Shown piece after piece: positions 37,941 through 50,559 of a stretch of DNA of 64,000 nucleotides. How positions within the stretch are numbered: the first letter of the stretch is position 1; every line of letters starts with the position of its first letter. The DNA is from Squalus acanthias (taxonomy: Eukaryota): contig CM059438.1 in assembly GCA_030390025.1 (NCBI GenBank), forward strand, positions 52,578,001-52,642,000. Direction: 5' to 3'. Under the pieces are notes generated by a model. The model saw only the letters and a program-made list of their open reading frames with translations. It had not been told where the DNA came from and ran no database searches. A program made the translations under genes and the position numbers.

Positions 37941-39023
37941 TTTTCTTTCTTTTTCCTACCGAAGGAATGAAAAAGAAGCCCTTTTATATTGATCCATAGG
38001 CAAACCCCAAAGGAATTTTCTTGATAAAATAGCCCCAAGATTCGGGGATTCCTAATGTGACACCAGAAGTGTGACGGACCAGATCTGCCAGCTGCTGACA
38101 GGGAAGGATATAGACTCCCTTCCCAACTCGAGGGGATGAAGTCATTTAAAATAGTTGGAGCAGGTGGCTTGCATTGGTAGGGGCACAGCAGAGGTGCCTG
38201 AGGAAAAGTGGAATGACACCATGTTGCTCCAATGGCGGAGTGAGCCGTACAGGAAAGGCTGAATAGATAGTAGCAATTAAAAAAAAAAAATTCCCAAAGG
38301 GAACTGTGGGCCTCAATTTTAACTTAATCCCCAATTAGCAATGCTTAGGAATCTTTTGAGGCCTTGATAGGCCCATTGCAGAGCTCACACCGGCTCTCAG
38401 TTGCTGTAGCCTGGGAATGCCCCCAAAGCTTTCTTCTGACATGATGAGGCTAGTTGGGAGACTCACCAACTCCCCCTCGCCCCACCACTGAAAGTTTGAC
38501 CGATCGCGAAATTGAGCACCTCCCATGGGCAATCCATCCAACTGTTCTCTCCCATGCAAATTTCAGCTCCTTAGTGCCAGTGGCTTTAGTCGTTTTTTGT
38601 AAAAAAAAAAAAAAATGGCGTCCGCCTACTTCCAGTGCAGTTTGCACTGTTTGTAATCTTGGTGAGGGCGATAGCGTGGGCAATATGTGCGCGTGCAGTA
38701 TGCAGAGTAGGCAGATCATGTCGTACACACTGACTTGACGCGCAACCTGCCATTTTCCATTCAATGCCTTCTCCTAAACACGCACAGCTGAACGTGTGTT
38801 CAGCTGCACAAAGGACCCACCACCAACGCTACTTAAAGGGATACATCCAACTTGCAGGTAAGTTGATTATTGCTTTTGTACTGGCTCTTGCAGAGTTTAT
38901 AGGAGTACTGGGTTGCTGAAAGAGATTTAAAAAGTTGTTAAAGTGTTCAGGGAGTCTTGCTGGATGATGGGAAGGCGCTGGTTACTACTGGAAGGCCTCT
39001 GAGTACACCAATTGCTCCCAGTC

Positions 39024-40013
39024 ATGGGGGTTCGAGTTGTAGTCCCCCTTGTGCTGCAGCATGACAGGGAGATGGAGCAGAGGCAGCAAAAAGGATGAGG
39101 GGGAGGAGGGCTCTCAGCAGGAGGCCTTACCCACCTAGGGTCTTCAGGGAGCACTTCTCCTACCTGCACCTAAGCCAGGAGCAGTGTGTTCAGCGGCTCT
39201 GCTTCACCAAGGAGGTGGTCACCTCTTGGAACCAGACCTGCAGTCTCAGAGCAGGATGATGACAGCTCTGCCAGTGGCCCTCAAGGTGACTGTGGCCCTG
39301 AAATTTTTCACCAGCGGAGCCATCCAGGCTGGAGCAGGCAACATAGCAAACATTTCGCAGTTCGCCATCCATTTCTGCATCCGAGAGGTCACAGAGTCTC
39401 TGTACGCTAGGAAAGGGGACTTCATTGTCTTCTCTCTGAACAGAGAGAAGCAGGAGGAGCGCTCACATGGCTTTGCCAGGATATTGGGCTTCCCCATGGT
39501 GCAGGGTGCCATCGACTGCAGACACGTGGCTTTGCAGGTGTCACATATCAATGGTGAGATGTTCCGTAACCGCAGAAGGTACCACTCACTTAATGTACAG
39601 TTGGTGAGTGACCACGCCCAGCACATCCTGATGGTGAATGCCCAGTATCCTGGCAGCAGTTATGATGCCTTCATCCTGCGCAAGTCCATTGTGTCAGCAA
39701 TCTTTCAGCCACCACGTCAAACCCGAGGGTGGCTGCTAGGCAGACCATCGGGGTGCTGAAGCAACGGTTCCGCTGTCTTGACCGCTCAGGAGGAGCCCTC
39801 CAGTACTTGCCCGAGCGGGTGTCCCAATCCGTCGTGGTCTGCTGCATCCTCCACAACTTGGCCATCATGAGGGTGCAGCCCGTGCCACCACAGGTTCCGC
39901 GACCACCTCAGGAGGAAGAGGAAGAGTAGGAGGAGGAAGGGAGGAAGCAGCCTGCACATCCGCGTTCCGGACGGGCTGTCCATGAGCGCATCATCAGACT
40001 CCGGTTTCCCTGA
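39024..40013 (+). pseudogene. Harbinger DDE transposase with an internal deletion
   Basis: ALKVTVALKFF, VQGAIDCRHVAL, NRRRYHSLNVQ, YPGSSYDAFIL, GWLLG joined directly to QTIGVLKQRFRCLD. Confidence 0.88.
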
Positions 40014-40213
40014 ATGAAAAACCAGATCGCTGTTGCTTAACACTTTCCCATCTAACCATCCTCTGTCACGGAACATCACAGCGTCCTCTTGACCACAGTG
40101 CTGAAATGAAAGCCACCACAAAGCAAACGTTCCAAACAACATTTATAAATGATTTAATCCAATACTACATAACAAAGTCAAATAATCATCCTTGTGCATT
40201 TCCTAAGTGCCTG

Positions 40214-41894
40214 TCATCGGGTGCCCTTTCCTGATATAGTGCTCCTATGAAGTGCTCCCCCAGTGGCTGCAGCATGGCTGGTGGAAGACTGCTGACATTC
40301 AGTGGGGGAGACTGCAAATGGCCTTGCAGGATGACCTCGAGCAGCTCTGGGTCTAGAAGGTCTGGCTCTAGACTGTACCACCTCAGCATGGGCAGCAGCA
40401 GTCTGGGCTGGCTGGCTGTCAGGCAACAGCAACGGCACTGCGGAGTGGCAGTGGTGGAAGTACGAATGCTGTCATCCTCAGAGAGGACAGCAGTTCGAGC
40501 TCCACGGAACCACTGCCACTCCCCTGGGGTGGTGCCTCAGCAATCCTAGTAATCTGTTGAGGACAGATTGCTGGACTGCTTTGACACCCTGCAAGCCCCT
40601 TTCCACACTCGTAAACGCAGCCACGATGGTAGCAGGCTGAGCTTGCGTGGCCGCAAGCTGAGCCTGCATGGCAGAAGTCTAAGCTTCCACTGTAGCACTC
40701 AGACGTTGGGTCGCTTCCGCTTGTGCTGCAATGGAAGCTGAGACATCGCCCATCAGACCCTGCATCATGGTTGGATCCACAAGTGCTCTAATGGAGTTGC
40801 TCATCATTTCCAACCTGGAAATCATGGGCTCCAAGCTCTGTGCAAAGCCCTGCGCAAGGTTGGAGCCGGACCTCTTACTGCTCCTTTACAGTGACAATAG
40901 GCTCTCTGACAGGCCCGCCATTGCACCAAGCATTTCTGTGTGCATGCTCATCGCCCTTCTTCTGAAGGCCGCCTCATCGAAGTCCTTACCTGAGTCCTCT
41001 GCAGCAGAACTCGTGTGCGACCTCGCCTTCCGGGGAGCTGGCACCTGCGCTACCCTTTCCCCCTACCCTGGCTGCAGGATACTCGTGCCCGATGACTCAC
41101 CACATGCAGATCCCGCCTCTATACTACCCTCTAAAGTACACGCAGTGCCAGTTTCTGAGCTGGTGCCTACGAGTGTGAGATCGAGTGACTGTGTCTCTTC
41201 TTCTCCATCACTCTCCGCTTGCTCTTCCGGCATTGGCTGGGAAGCTTGGAGCTCTTGGGTATCTGAAAGGAGAAAGGCACAAGGGTAGGATTGTGGTGAG
41301 GTGATTGCCACGGCCCCATCAATAATATCAAGCACTGTCCCCTGCAGTTGGGTCAGGATATGCAGACTTGCCATGCAAGAGAAAGGGAAGTGTGTCAGTG
41401 AGTGTGGTGCAATGTGTTTGGGTGATGTGCTGTCATGGTAGAATAGCTGGCACTGTGTGCAAAGTGTGAGATGTGGGTGTGAGGCTTGCAGCAGTGGTAA
41501 GTGTGTGAGGGTGAGGTGAAGCTATGAATGTGAGGTATGAGTCATGATTCATAGAGATTGTTGGTAGGTGAGTGATGGGAGTGTGGTGCATTGAGCAGTG
41601 TGTGAGGCTAGTGGTGTAATTGGTGTGAGACCGCTTTTGAAGATGCATTTACTGACCTTGACCATGCGTATGAGGTCATTAATCTTCTCGGCACTGGATC
41701 CAGTTCCTCGGGGCAAGACTGCTGGCAGTGACCGCTTCAGCTATCTGCTCCCACTGCCTTCTGACTGTGAGTCTGGATGGCCTCCTAGCCCCCTGCAGGT
41801 AGAGGACCTGTCTCCTCCGTTCTATCCTGTGCACTAAGGCCTCCAGTGCTGTGTCGGAGAACCTAGGTGCCCTTTCTTGCCCTTTTTGAGCCAT
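40214..41894 (-). pseudogene. Harbinger Myb/SANT-like protein gene, multi-exon, disrupted
   Basis: Exon 41894-41657 MAQKGQERAPRFSDTALEALV...WEQIAEAV...RNWIQCR with gtcagt donor; acceptor ctcctttcag at 41263; basic C-terminus like that at 26011. Confidence 0.82.
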
Positions 41895-42319
41895 ACTGCC
41901 TAACAGTTACCTTGAAAACCAGTTCAATGAGTTGCTGAATGCAGAATGCACCTCCTCTTTAAGAGGTGCAGACTGCGTTTAAACATGGAGGCTAGCTTTA
42001 AATAGAGCTAGCCTCGCACGAACTTGAGCCCGCTGCTGAGTGATCAGCCACTCAGCAGTGCTCTCAGCACTGGGCTGCATACATCAATAATGTTAATTAG
42101 CAAGCAGCATGAATGTCGCGGGCTGCCTGCACTACTTTCAACGGGCACATCGCAATCCCTGAGCCCATTTTCGGGCCTAATCGAATTTTTAGCCCTTCAT
42201 GTTTTTGGCAGAGATTAAAGGGCATTCTGCCAAACTTCCACCAAAGTTACAGCAGCGGAGTGGGAGAATCCTCAGGAAAATCCTCCCCCCACCCCCGCCC
42301 CCCGCCCCCCGGCAATCCA

Positions 42320-43770
42320 TCCTTTCAGTCTGCCTTCTCCTTCAAATAACCCAAGTATAGAAGATTGTCTGAAAGTAAAAGTGTCATGACTGCTGCCTGT
42401 AAAGTGGGCATTGACCGGCATCTTGTACTGATGATCACTAACTACCTGCACACTGATGGAGTAGAACTCCTTGCAGTTTGTGAATGCACATGGCATTACC
42501 TGCAGAGCCTCAGATAGGCACATGGGATTGTCTGTAGGGACTCGGATCGCCACATGGAATTGTCTATAGGGGTTTGGATGGCCACATGGAATTGTCTGTA
42601 GGGACTCGGATTGCCACATGGAATTGTCTGTAGGGACTCGGATCGCCACGTGGAATTGTCTGTAGGGACTCGGATCGCCACGTGGAATTGTCTGTAGGGA
42701 CTCGGATCGCCACATGTAATTGTCTGTAGGGACTCGGATCGCCACATGGAATTGTCTGTAGGGACTCGGATCGCCACATGGAATTGTCTGCAGGGGTTTG
42801 GATGGCCACATGGAATTGTCTGTAGGGACTCGGATCGTCACATGGAATTGTCTGTAGGGACTCTGATCGCCACATGGAATTGTCTGTAGGGACTCTGATC
42901 GCCACATGGAATTGTCTGTAGGGACTCTGATCGCCACATGGAATTGTCTGTAGGGACTCGGATCGCCACATGGAATTGTCTGTAGGGACTCGGATCGCCA
43001 CATGGAATTGTCTGTAGGGACTCTGATCGCCACATGGAATTGTCTGTAGGGACTCAGATCGCCACATGGAATTGTCTGTAGGGACTCGGATCGCCACATG
43101 GAATTGTCTGTAGGGACTCTGATCGCCACATGGAATTGTCTGTAGGGACTCTGATCGCCACATGGAATTGTCTGTAGGGACTCGGATCGCCACATGGAAT
43201 TGTCTGTAGGGACTCGGATCGCCACATGGAATTGTCTATAGGGACTGGGATCGCCACATGGAATTCTCTGTAGGGACTGGGATCGCCACATGGAATTGTC
43301 TGTCGGGGCTCGGATGGCCACGTGGAATTGTCTGTCGGGGCTCGGATGGCCACGTGGAATTGTCTGTCGGGGCTCGGATGGCCACATGGAATTGTCTGTC
43401 GGGGCTCGGATGGCCACATGGAATTGTCTGTAGGGACTGGGATCACCACATGGAATTGTCTGTCGGGGCTCGGATGGCCACGTGGAATTGTCTGTCGGGG
43501 CTCGGATGGCCACGTGGAATTGTCTGTCGGGGCTCGGATGGCCACCTGGAATTGTCTGTCGGGGCTCGGATGGCCACATGGAATTGTCTGTAGGGACTGG
43601 GATGGCCACATGGAATTGTCTGTCGGGGCTCGGATGGCCACATGGATTGTCTGTCGGGGCTCGGATGGCCACATGGAATTGTCTGTCGGGGCTCGGATGG
43701 CCACATGGCTGCCAACAGTAACACCAGCCAGGATAGTTTGCTTGATCGCCAACTTCCATATTTGAGCTCC
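42320..43770 (-). pseudogene. Harbinger transposase fragment hosting the 32-bp minisatellite
   Basis: AGVTVGSHVA on one side and AFTNCKEFYSISVQVVSDH...HFTGSSHDTF.FRQS..GLFEGEGRLKGW on the other. Confidence 0.75.
42519..43707. repeat. Minisatellite, ~37 x 32 bp (ccacatggaattgtctgtagggactcggatcg and variant ...gtcggggctcggatgg)
   Basis: Head-to-tail units read directly, with no spacers. Confidence 0.97.
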
Positions 43771-43773
43771 CAT

Positions 43774-45499
43774 TAGAAACATAGAAGATAGGAGCAGGAG
43801 TAGGCCATTCGGCCCCTCGAGCCTGCTCCGCCATTCAATGCGTTCATGGCTGATCATCCAAATTCAGTACCCTGTCCCTGCTTTCTCCCCATATCCCTTG
43901 ATCCCCTTAGCCTTAAGAAATATATCTAACTCCTTCTTGAATATATTTAATGAATTGGACTCAACTGTCTTCTGCGGTAGAGAATTCCACAGGTTAACCA
44001 CTCTTTGGGTGAAGAAATTCCTCCTTATCTCAGTCCTAAATGGCTTACCCCTTATCTTTAGACTGTGACCCCTGGTTCTGGACACCCCCGCCATCAGGAA
44101 CATCCTTCCTGCATCTAGTCTGTCTAGTCCTGTTAGAATTTTATAAGTTTCAATGAGATCCCCTCTCATTCTTCTAAACTCTAGCGAATACAAGCCCAAT
44201 CGAGCCAATCTCTCTTCATACGTCATTCCTGCCATCCCAGGTATCAGTCTGGTGAATCTTCGCTGCACTCCCTCCATGGCAAGAACATCCTTCCTCAGAT
44301 AAGGCAACCAAAACTGCACACAATACTCAAGGTGTGGTCTCACCAAGGCCCTGTACAACTGCAGCAAGACATCCTTGTTCTTGTACTCGAATCCTCTCGC
44401 TATGAAGGCCAACATACCATTTGCCTTCTTAACCGCCTGCTGCACCTGCATGCTTACCTTCAGCGATTGGTGCACAAGGACACCCAGGTCTAGTTGCACT
44501 TCCCCATTTTCCCAATCTATTGCCGTTCAGATAATAATCTGCCTTCCTGTTTTTGCCACCAAAGTGGATAACCTCGCATTTATCCACATTATACTGCATC
44601 TGCCATGCATCTGCCCAATCACCCAACCTGTCCAAATCATACTGGAGTTTCTCTGCATCTTCCTCACAGCACACACGCCCACCCAGCTTTGTGTCGTCTG
44701 CAAACTTGGAGATATTACATCGTTCCCTCGTCTAGATCATTAATATATATTGTGAATAACTGGGGTCCTAGCACCGATCCCTGCGGTACCCCACTAATCA
44801 CTGCCTGCCACTCGGAAAAAGACCCGTTTATTCCAACTCTTTGCTTCCTGTCTGCCAACCAGTTTTCTATCCAAGTCAGTACCTTACCCCCAATCCCATG
44901 TGCTTTAACTTTGCACACTAATCTCTTATGCGGGACCTTATCGAAAGCCTTCTGAAAGTCCAAATACACCACATCTACTGTTTCTCCCTTATCTATTCTA
45001 CCAGTTACATCCTCAAAAAATTCCAGTAGATTAGTCAAGCATGATTTACCTTTTGTAAATCCATGTTGACTTTGTCCGATCCTGTCACTGTTTTCCAAGT
45101 GCTCTGCTATTACATCTTTTATCATGGACTCTAGCATTTTCCCCACTACTGATGTCAGGCTTACCTATAATTCCCCGTTTTCTCTCTCCCACCTTTTTTA
45201 AATAGTGGGGTTACATTAGCTACCCTCCAATCCATGGGAACTTTTCCAGAGTCTATAGAATTTTGGAAGATGACCAGCAATGCATCTACTATTTCTCGGG
45301 CCACTTCCTTAAATACCCTAGGATGTAGATTATCAGGCCCTGGGGATTTATCGGCCTTCAATCCCATCAGTTTCCCTAACACCATTTCCCTACAAATACT
45401 GATTTCATTCAGTTCTTCCCACTCATTAGACCCTATGTTCCCTGACATCTCTGGGAGGTTATTTGTGTTCTCCTTTGTGAAGACAGAACCAAAGTATGT
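43774..45499 (-). mobile_element. Young CR1 LINE, 5'-truncated, near-identical to 13475-15200
   Basis: [50 protein letters not shown]; same 3' UTR. Confidence 0.95.
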
Positions 45500-46014
45500 C
45501 CCTTACATGTGAAGTTCTACTCAGGGTCATTAATAATAAACTTTACCTCCTCAACTTTGGAGATGTAGTTGTTTGTTTTAAGGGAGTAAAGGGAAAAAAT
45601 TTCCTGGGGAAACCAGGAACTCATCCCATCACAGTCTCTTGATATGGGTGGGGTAGGGGGGGGGTGGGTGGTAGAAACCCACCCGCGATCCTCCCAACTG
45701 GAATTACTAGGTCCAGTCATCCAACCCATGTTTGGGTCCATCTTCCCAGATGTAACTTCCACGTGTTTCCTCCCAAGTCCCAGGAATTTCGAACAGACTG
45801 CGACAGTGGGAAATATTATCCACTACACTGCTGTCTGCCTCGAACCTAAACTGACTCAGGTTAATCTCAATATTTTACACCAGGGAACTGAATGGAAGAA
45901 CCATTACCAATTTATAAACCAACTGTTGCTGCTTTTCACATAATTGGAATGCTGTCAAGAAACTATGCCAAGAATCAGTTTCCTCATTCTGCAACATCGA
46001 CATGGCAAGCTAAT

Positions 46015-46758
46015 GGCCCAGAAATTGATCTCGCTCTGTTCCCGCGGGGGTAAGCCTTCCCCGCGATGTCTCACCTCGCTTATGCTTTTTCAGATCCAGC
46101 TCGCACGAACTTGATGTTCCAGACATCAGCTGTGCTGGGCTTGCGTATCCCAGCGGCGTAGTGAATTCGTGCGAGCTGTGGGATCACGTGACTCAGTTAG
46201 AGCCAATGGCAGCACACCATCTTCCATTCATAAGTCTCACAGCATGGCTGTGAAATCTATGAATCTTACACCCCCCCAAAATAACAGCTAAACCTCAATT
46301 AAATTTAAAAAAAAACCCATCACATTAATAAAATAAGTATAGTTAATTAAATTAACCATTTTAAATAAAAAATTAAATTTTTGAAAAAATTTAAAATCTT
46401 TTAAAAAGTTATAAAAATAAACTTACCTGTCTTTAAAGTCTCTAAAAAAGATATACCTGTAAAAAAAAATTCAAAAAAATACTTAATTCACTACTTACCT
46501 TCTTAAAAGCGGATCTTACTCCTCCTTTTTACATTTCCAAAAGCTTCCCTACTTACCTGCGCGTCCAAAGCATGAAGTGCACAGCGTGCGCGCAGCCTGT
46601 AGCGCGCACGCGATGCACCCAGGCCCCGCCCCCTTTTCAGAAGAGCAATTGCCGGTTTTCAGCGCATGCGCAGGGCATGCAGAAAACCGGCAATTGGAGT
46701 GGGAATACGCGAGAGTACGCAGTGCGTACTCTCGCGTCCCGGGATCAATTTTCGGCCC
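46015..46758. mobile_element. MITE family 2, copy 3 (opposite orientation, diverged subfamily)
   Basis: TIRs ggcccagaaattgatc / gatcaattttcggccc; TSD aat/tat; same palindromes. Confidence 0.8.
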
Positions 46759-47113
46759 TATATGTTATTTAATCCTTTATGCAGTTAGAAATAAAAACCT
46801 TGGTTCTGAAATTCTATCCTGTTTAGATGGGACCTTTAAATTCCAGACAGGGGGGCCATGGACTTTGAACGGTCTCAGCAGAACACACGCCACCTGAGAC
46901 CTGGACTCCAATATTAAAGCAAAGATGGGTTCAGAGTGGAGTGGGCGAATTGCATGCATGAATCACGAAGAAAACATAGCGGGTCGGATTCTCCGATTTC
47001 AAGTTGATTGCCTCATTACACTTTTCCTTCTGGCTTTTCAGCCAATGAAGTACTTTTGAAGTGTAGTCACTCTTGTAAGGTAGTGCCAACTCACCCTTTC
47101 AGTTGCTTCATGA

Positions 47114-47524
47114 TTTTTTTTTATTCGTTCATGGGATGTGGGCGTCGCTGGGAAGGCCAGCATTTATTGCCCATCCCTAATTACCCTTGAGAAGGTGGTG
47201 GTGAGCCACCTTCAACCACTGCAGTCCGTGTGGTGAAGGTACTCCCACAGTGCTGTTAGGGAGGGAGTTCCAGGATTTTGACCCAGCGACGATGAAGGAA
47301 CAGCAATATACTTCCAAGTCAGGATGGTGTGTAACTTGGAGGGGAACTTGGAGGTGGTGGTGTTCCCATGCACCTGCTGCCCTTGTCCTTCTAGGTGGTA
47401 GAGGTCGCGGGTTTGGGAGGTGCTGCTGAAGAAGCCTTGGTGAGTTGCTGCAGTGCATCTTGTAGATGGTACACACTGCAACCACGGTGTGCAGGTGGTG
47501 GAGGGAGTGGATGTTTAAGATGGT
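47114..47524 (-). mobile_element. 3' end of an APE-RT LINE that truncates a Harbinger transposase
   Basis: T-rich tail, ttattgcccatccctaat, SWNSLPNSTVG motif; homologous to 7410-7878. Confidence 0.75.
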
Positions 47525-48500
47525 ATCTAGGCACCTGAAGTGCATCTTCAACATGCTGATGGCTTGCTCGATGACACACCTGGTGGTCATGTGGCTATTG
47601 TTGTAGTGCACTTGCGCCTCATTGATGGGGTTCCTCACACATGTCATGAGCCAAGTTTGAAGGGGGTATCCCTTGTCTCCTACAAGCCAACCCTTAATTC
47701 TGTTTCCTGGTACGAAGAGGTTTGGAATATTGGACTGCTGCAGTATAAAAGCATCATGACAGCTCCCAGGGAATCTGGTGCACACCTGCATGAATCTCTT
47801 CTTGTGGTTGCGCACCAGCTGTACAATGATGGAATGAATTCCTTTGCGATTGATAAAACCTCCTGGTTGATTTGGGGGTGCTTGGATTGGCACGAGTGTC
47901 CAATCAATGGCACCCTGTACCTGTGGGAAGTCAACCAATAACGCAAATCCGACTGCCCACTCATTCTGACTATTGTCGTCGCAGGGGAAGTTGACATAAG
48001 TCGACGCCCTGGCAAACAACGATCCGCGACCTGCCTTATATGCAGCTGACTGTGAGACCCTCAAAATGTCTCCAGTGGCACACAGAAAGGAGCCAGAGGC
48101 AAAGAAATTGAGGGCAGTGGTGACTTTCACAGCGACGGCCAATGCATGGCCACCAGGTCCAGCAAGGCACAGCTCTTCTTGAAGGAAGCTGCAGATGTCT
48201 TTGACCACCTGCCGTGTCAATCTGAGCCTGCGGAAGCACTGCTCTTCAGATAGGTCAAGGAAGCTGAGCATCTGCCTGTAGACCCTCCCATGTGGGAAAT
48301 TCCTCCTGCGACCTTGGCCTCTCTGTTCCTCTCCTCTCTGCTGTGCTCCACTCTATTCTCCAGATCTGTGTTGCTCAGATCTGTGTTGTGCACCTCTCTT
48401 TTGTGCCTCTGCAGATCCCACCACAGCACGACGTTGCTGCCATGGATGATGATTGTCTTCCTTGTCCAATGTCCCATCGAAAACATCCATGGCGCCCACC
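47525..48500 (-). pseudogene. Harbinger DDE transposase, core in one open frame, C-terminus lost
   Basis: [82 protein letters not shown]. Confidence 0.88.
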
Positions 48501-48871
48501 GCCCCCCCATCTAGATGTTGTCCGTTTGAAAGCCTCCAAACTTTTGAAACGTCTATGATCACAGGAACTCTGCAAAACATTTGCCAGAGGGAACTGACAA
48601 ATCAGCTGTAACTACTGAGCCTTTAGTGATATCGGGCAATCAGAACTTTAAACACCCCCATGAAGTGCCGCTGAATCTCGCACCCATTTCACGGGTGAGT
48701 TTCCCAAGTCCTGGGAAACCCGTACTGGAGGCATTAAATTCAAATCCCTGTTGAAATCACTTGAAATGCGCTTCATTAGCCTGTGAGATAATGATCAACC
48801 CACCTGTGATAATGATCGACCCGCTTCCGGTGAGCAGGTTACTCACACGCAGCTAAACGCGCCTCCGTTAA

Positions 48872-49437
48872 TCAACAACAACAACAGCTTTTATTTATAT
48901 GACACCTTTAACGTAGTAAAACGTCCCAAGGCACTTCACAGGAGTGTTATAAAACAAAATTTGACACCGAGCCACATAAGGAGATATTGGGGCGGATGAC
49001 CAAAAGCTTGGTCAAAGAGGTAGGTTTTAAGGAGCGTTTTAAAGGACGAAAGAGAGGTAGACAGGCGGACAGATTTAGGGAGGGAGTTCCAGATCTTAGG
49101 GTCTTGGCAGCTGAAGGCACGGCCACCAATGTTGGAATGATTGAAATCGGGAATGTTCAAGAGGCCAGAATTAGAGGAGCGCAGATATCTCGGAGAGTTG
49201 TGGGGCTGTAGGAGGTAGGGAGGAACGAGGCCATGGAAGGATTTGAAAACAAGGATGAGAATTGTAAAAATCGAGGCGATGCGTAACCATGTACCAATGT
49301 AGGTCAGCAAGCATAGGAGTGATGGGTGAACGGAAGTTGGTGCGAATTAGGACACGGGCAGCAGAGTTTTGGATGACCTCAAGTTTACGAAGGGTAGAAC
49401 GTGGGAGGCCGGCCAGGATTGCGTTGGAATAGTCAAC
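48872..49437 (-). mobile_element. L2 LINE 3' fragment
   Basis: VDYSNAILAGLP, VIQNSAARVL, GGRAFS..IWNSLP, FKTLLKTYLF; (caa)n tail. Confidence 0.88.
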
Positions 49438-50559
49438 GCGGAAGTGGGCATGTTGGAAGCGGGTTGGGGTCAGGTTTGAGAATTTTACAATTTTTACCTT
49501 CCCACCCGCCCCCAACCCACCCGTCTTTGGGAATTAAAATTCCCTCCTGGTGTGAGTCCCTTTGTGGCCTTTTAAAGGCCCCAAACCATCACCAGAATAA
49601 GGTAATCATTCCTGGAGGAGATCAATTAACTTTTCTAATGTCATAGTGGCCCCCTTGGGAACTGACGACTTGAAAATAAATGTTTTTTGTTTGGCCTGTT
49701 TAAGCCTCGCGGGAACCTCAGGCAGTTGAGCTAATGCGGACACGGTGAGAGTTTTGCTCTGCTGCACTTATACCAGCAGAGTGGGGCCCCAGAAATTTCC
49801 AGACCTTTAACTATTGTAATGTTTCATTGTTGAAGAGAAAGAAGGAGCTCAGCAGTGTACACAAGAGAGCAGACCACCTAGAATAGGTCTACAAAGTTAA
49901 TAGCCATAGTTTCTCTTCCACCAAGTGTACAACAATGGTTGTAGATTTGATTAAACAGTGTAAGGAAATATGTTACCTGTTTCTCTTCCAGACTTGATTC
50001 TGTGGCAGATCACAACATTCTTTTCAAAGAAGTTAGCCTGATTTGTATGGGACTTTCTTTGTGAGGCTAAGAGTAAAAGGCCACATGTTAAAGCTGCTAT
50101 TTTAATTACTATGGAAACTGCAATCATTAAGAATGACCTATTATAACATTGAAATGCCACCACTTAGATACCAGCTAGAGTAAGTGAGATGTTTTATTTG
50201 GTGAATACAAGGGTGGAATTACATGCAGAAATGAACTTGTACTTGATGTCACAAAGTGGGCAACTAGAAATCCTAATGCATTTAATGTCTGGATTAAATT
50301 GTAAATCTTCTGCAAAGCAATGTCATTTTATAACTTGTGAATGAAAAGGTGTTGCCTCAGCAAATGTAAAGCTTCAACTGTATTTTAGATTAAATCTTTC
50401 AATAAGAAACCTGAAATGACTCATAATTTTAATTTACAGTAATTTGGCAAACTGTTTATCAGAAATTAATAGGCACAACAGGCAGCTGTCCTGAGAAAAC
50501 TGGAGGCAATATCAAAACACAAGATCATAAGGATTTAAAAAGAGCTGAGAAACAGCAAG

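Larger units (their letters stand above)
38600..42195. mobile_element. Second two-gene PIF/Harbinger element (decayed; left TIR not resolved)
   Basis: Right TIR gaatttttagccc ending at 42195; transposase on +, Myb/SANT gene on -, convergent. Confidence 0.85.

Noticed and set aside
42519..43707. CRISPR-like array next to a reverse transcriptase
   Set aside because: The units are head-to-tail with no unique spacers, no cas genes are present, the context is a eukaryotic intron, and the RT is an ordinary CR1.
42272..43834. 520-aa repetitive ORF as a real gene
   Set aside because: It arises because the 32-bp unit lacks stops on the - strand. It starts in the CR1 3' UTR, and other frames are similarly open.
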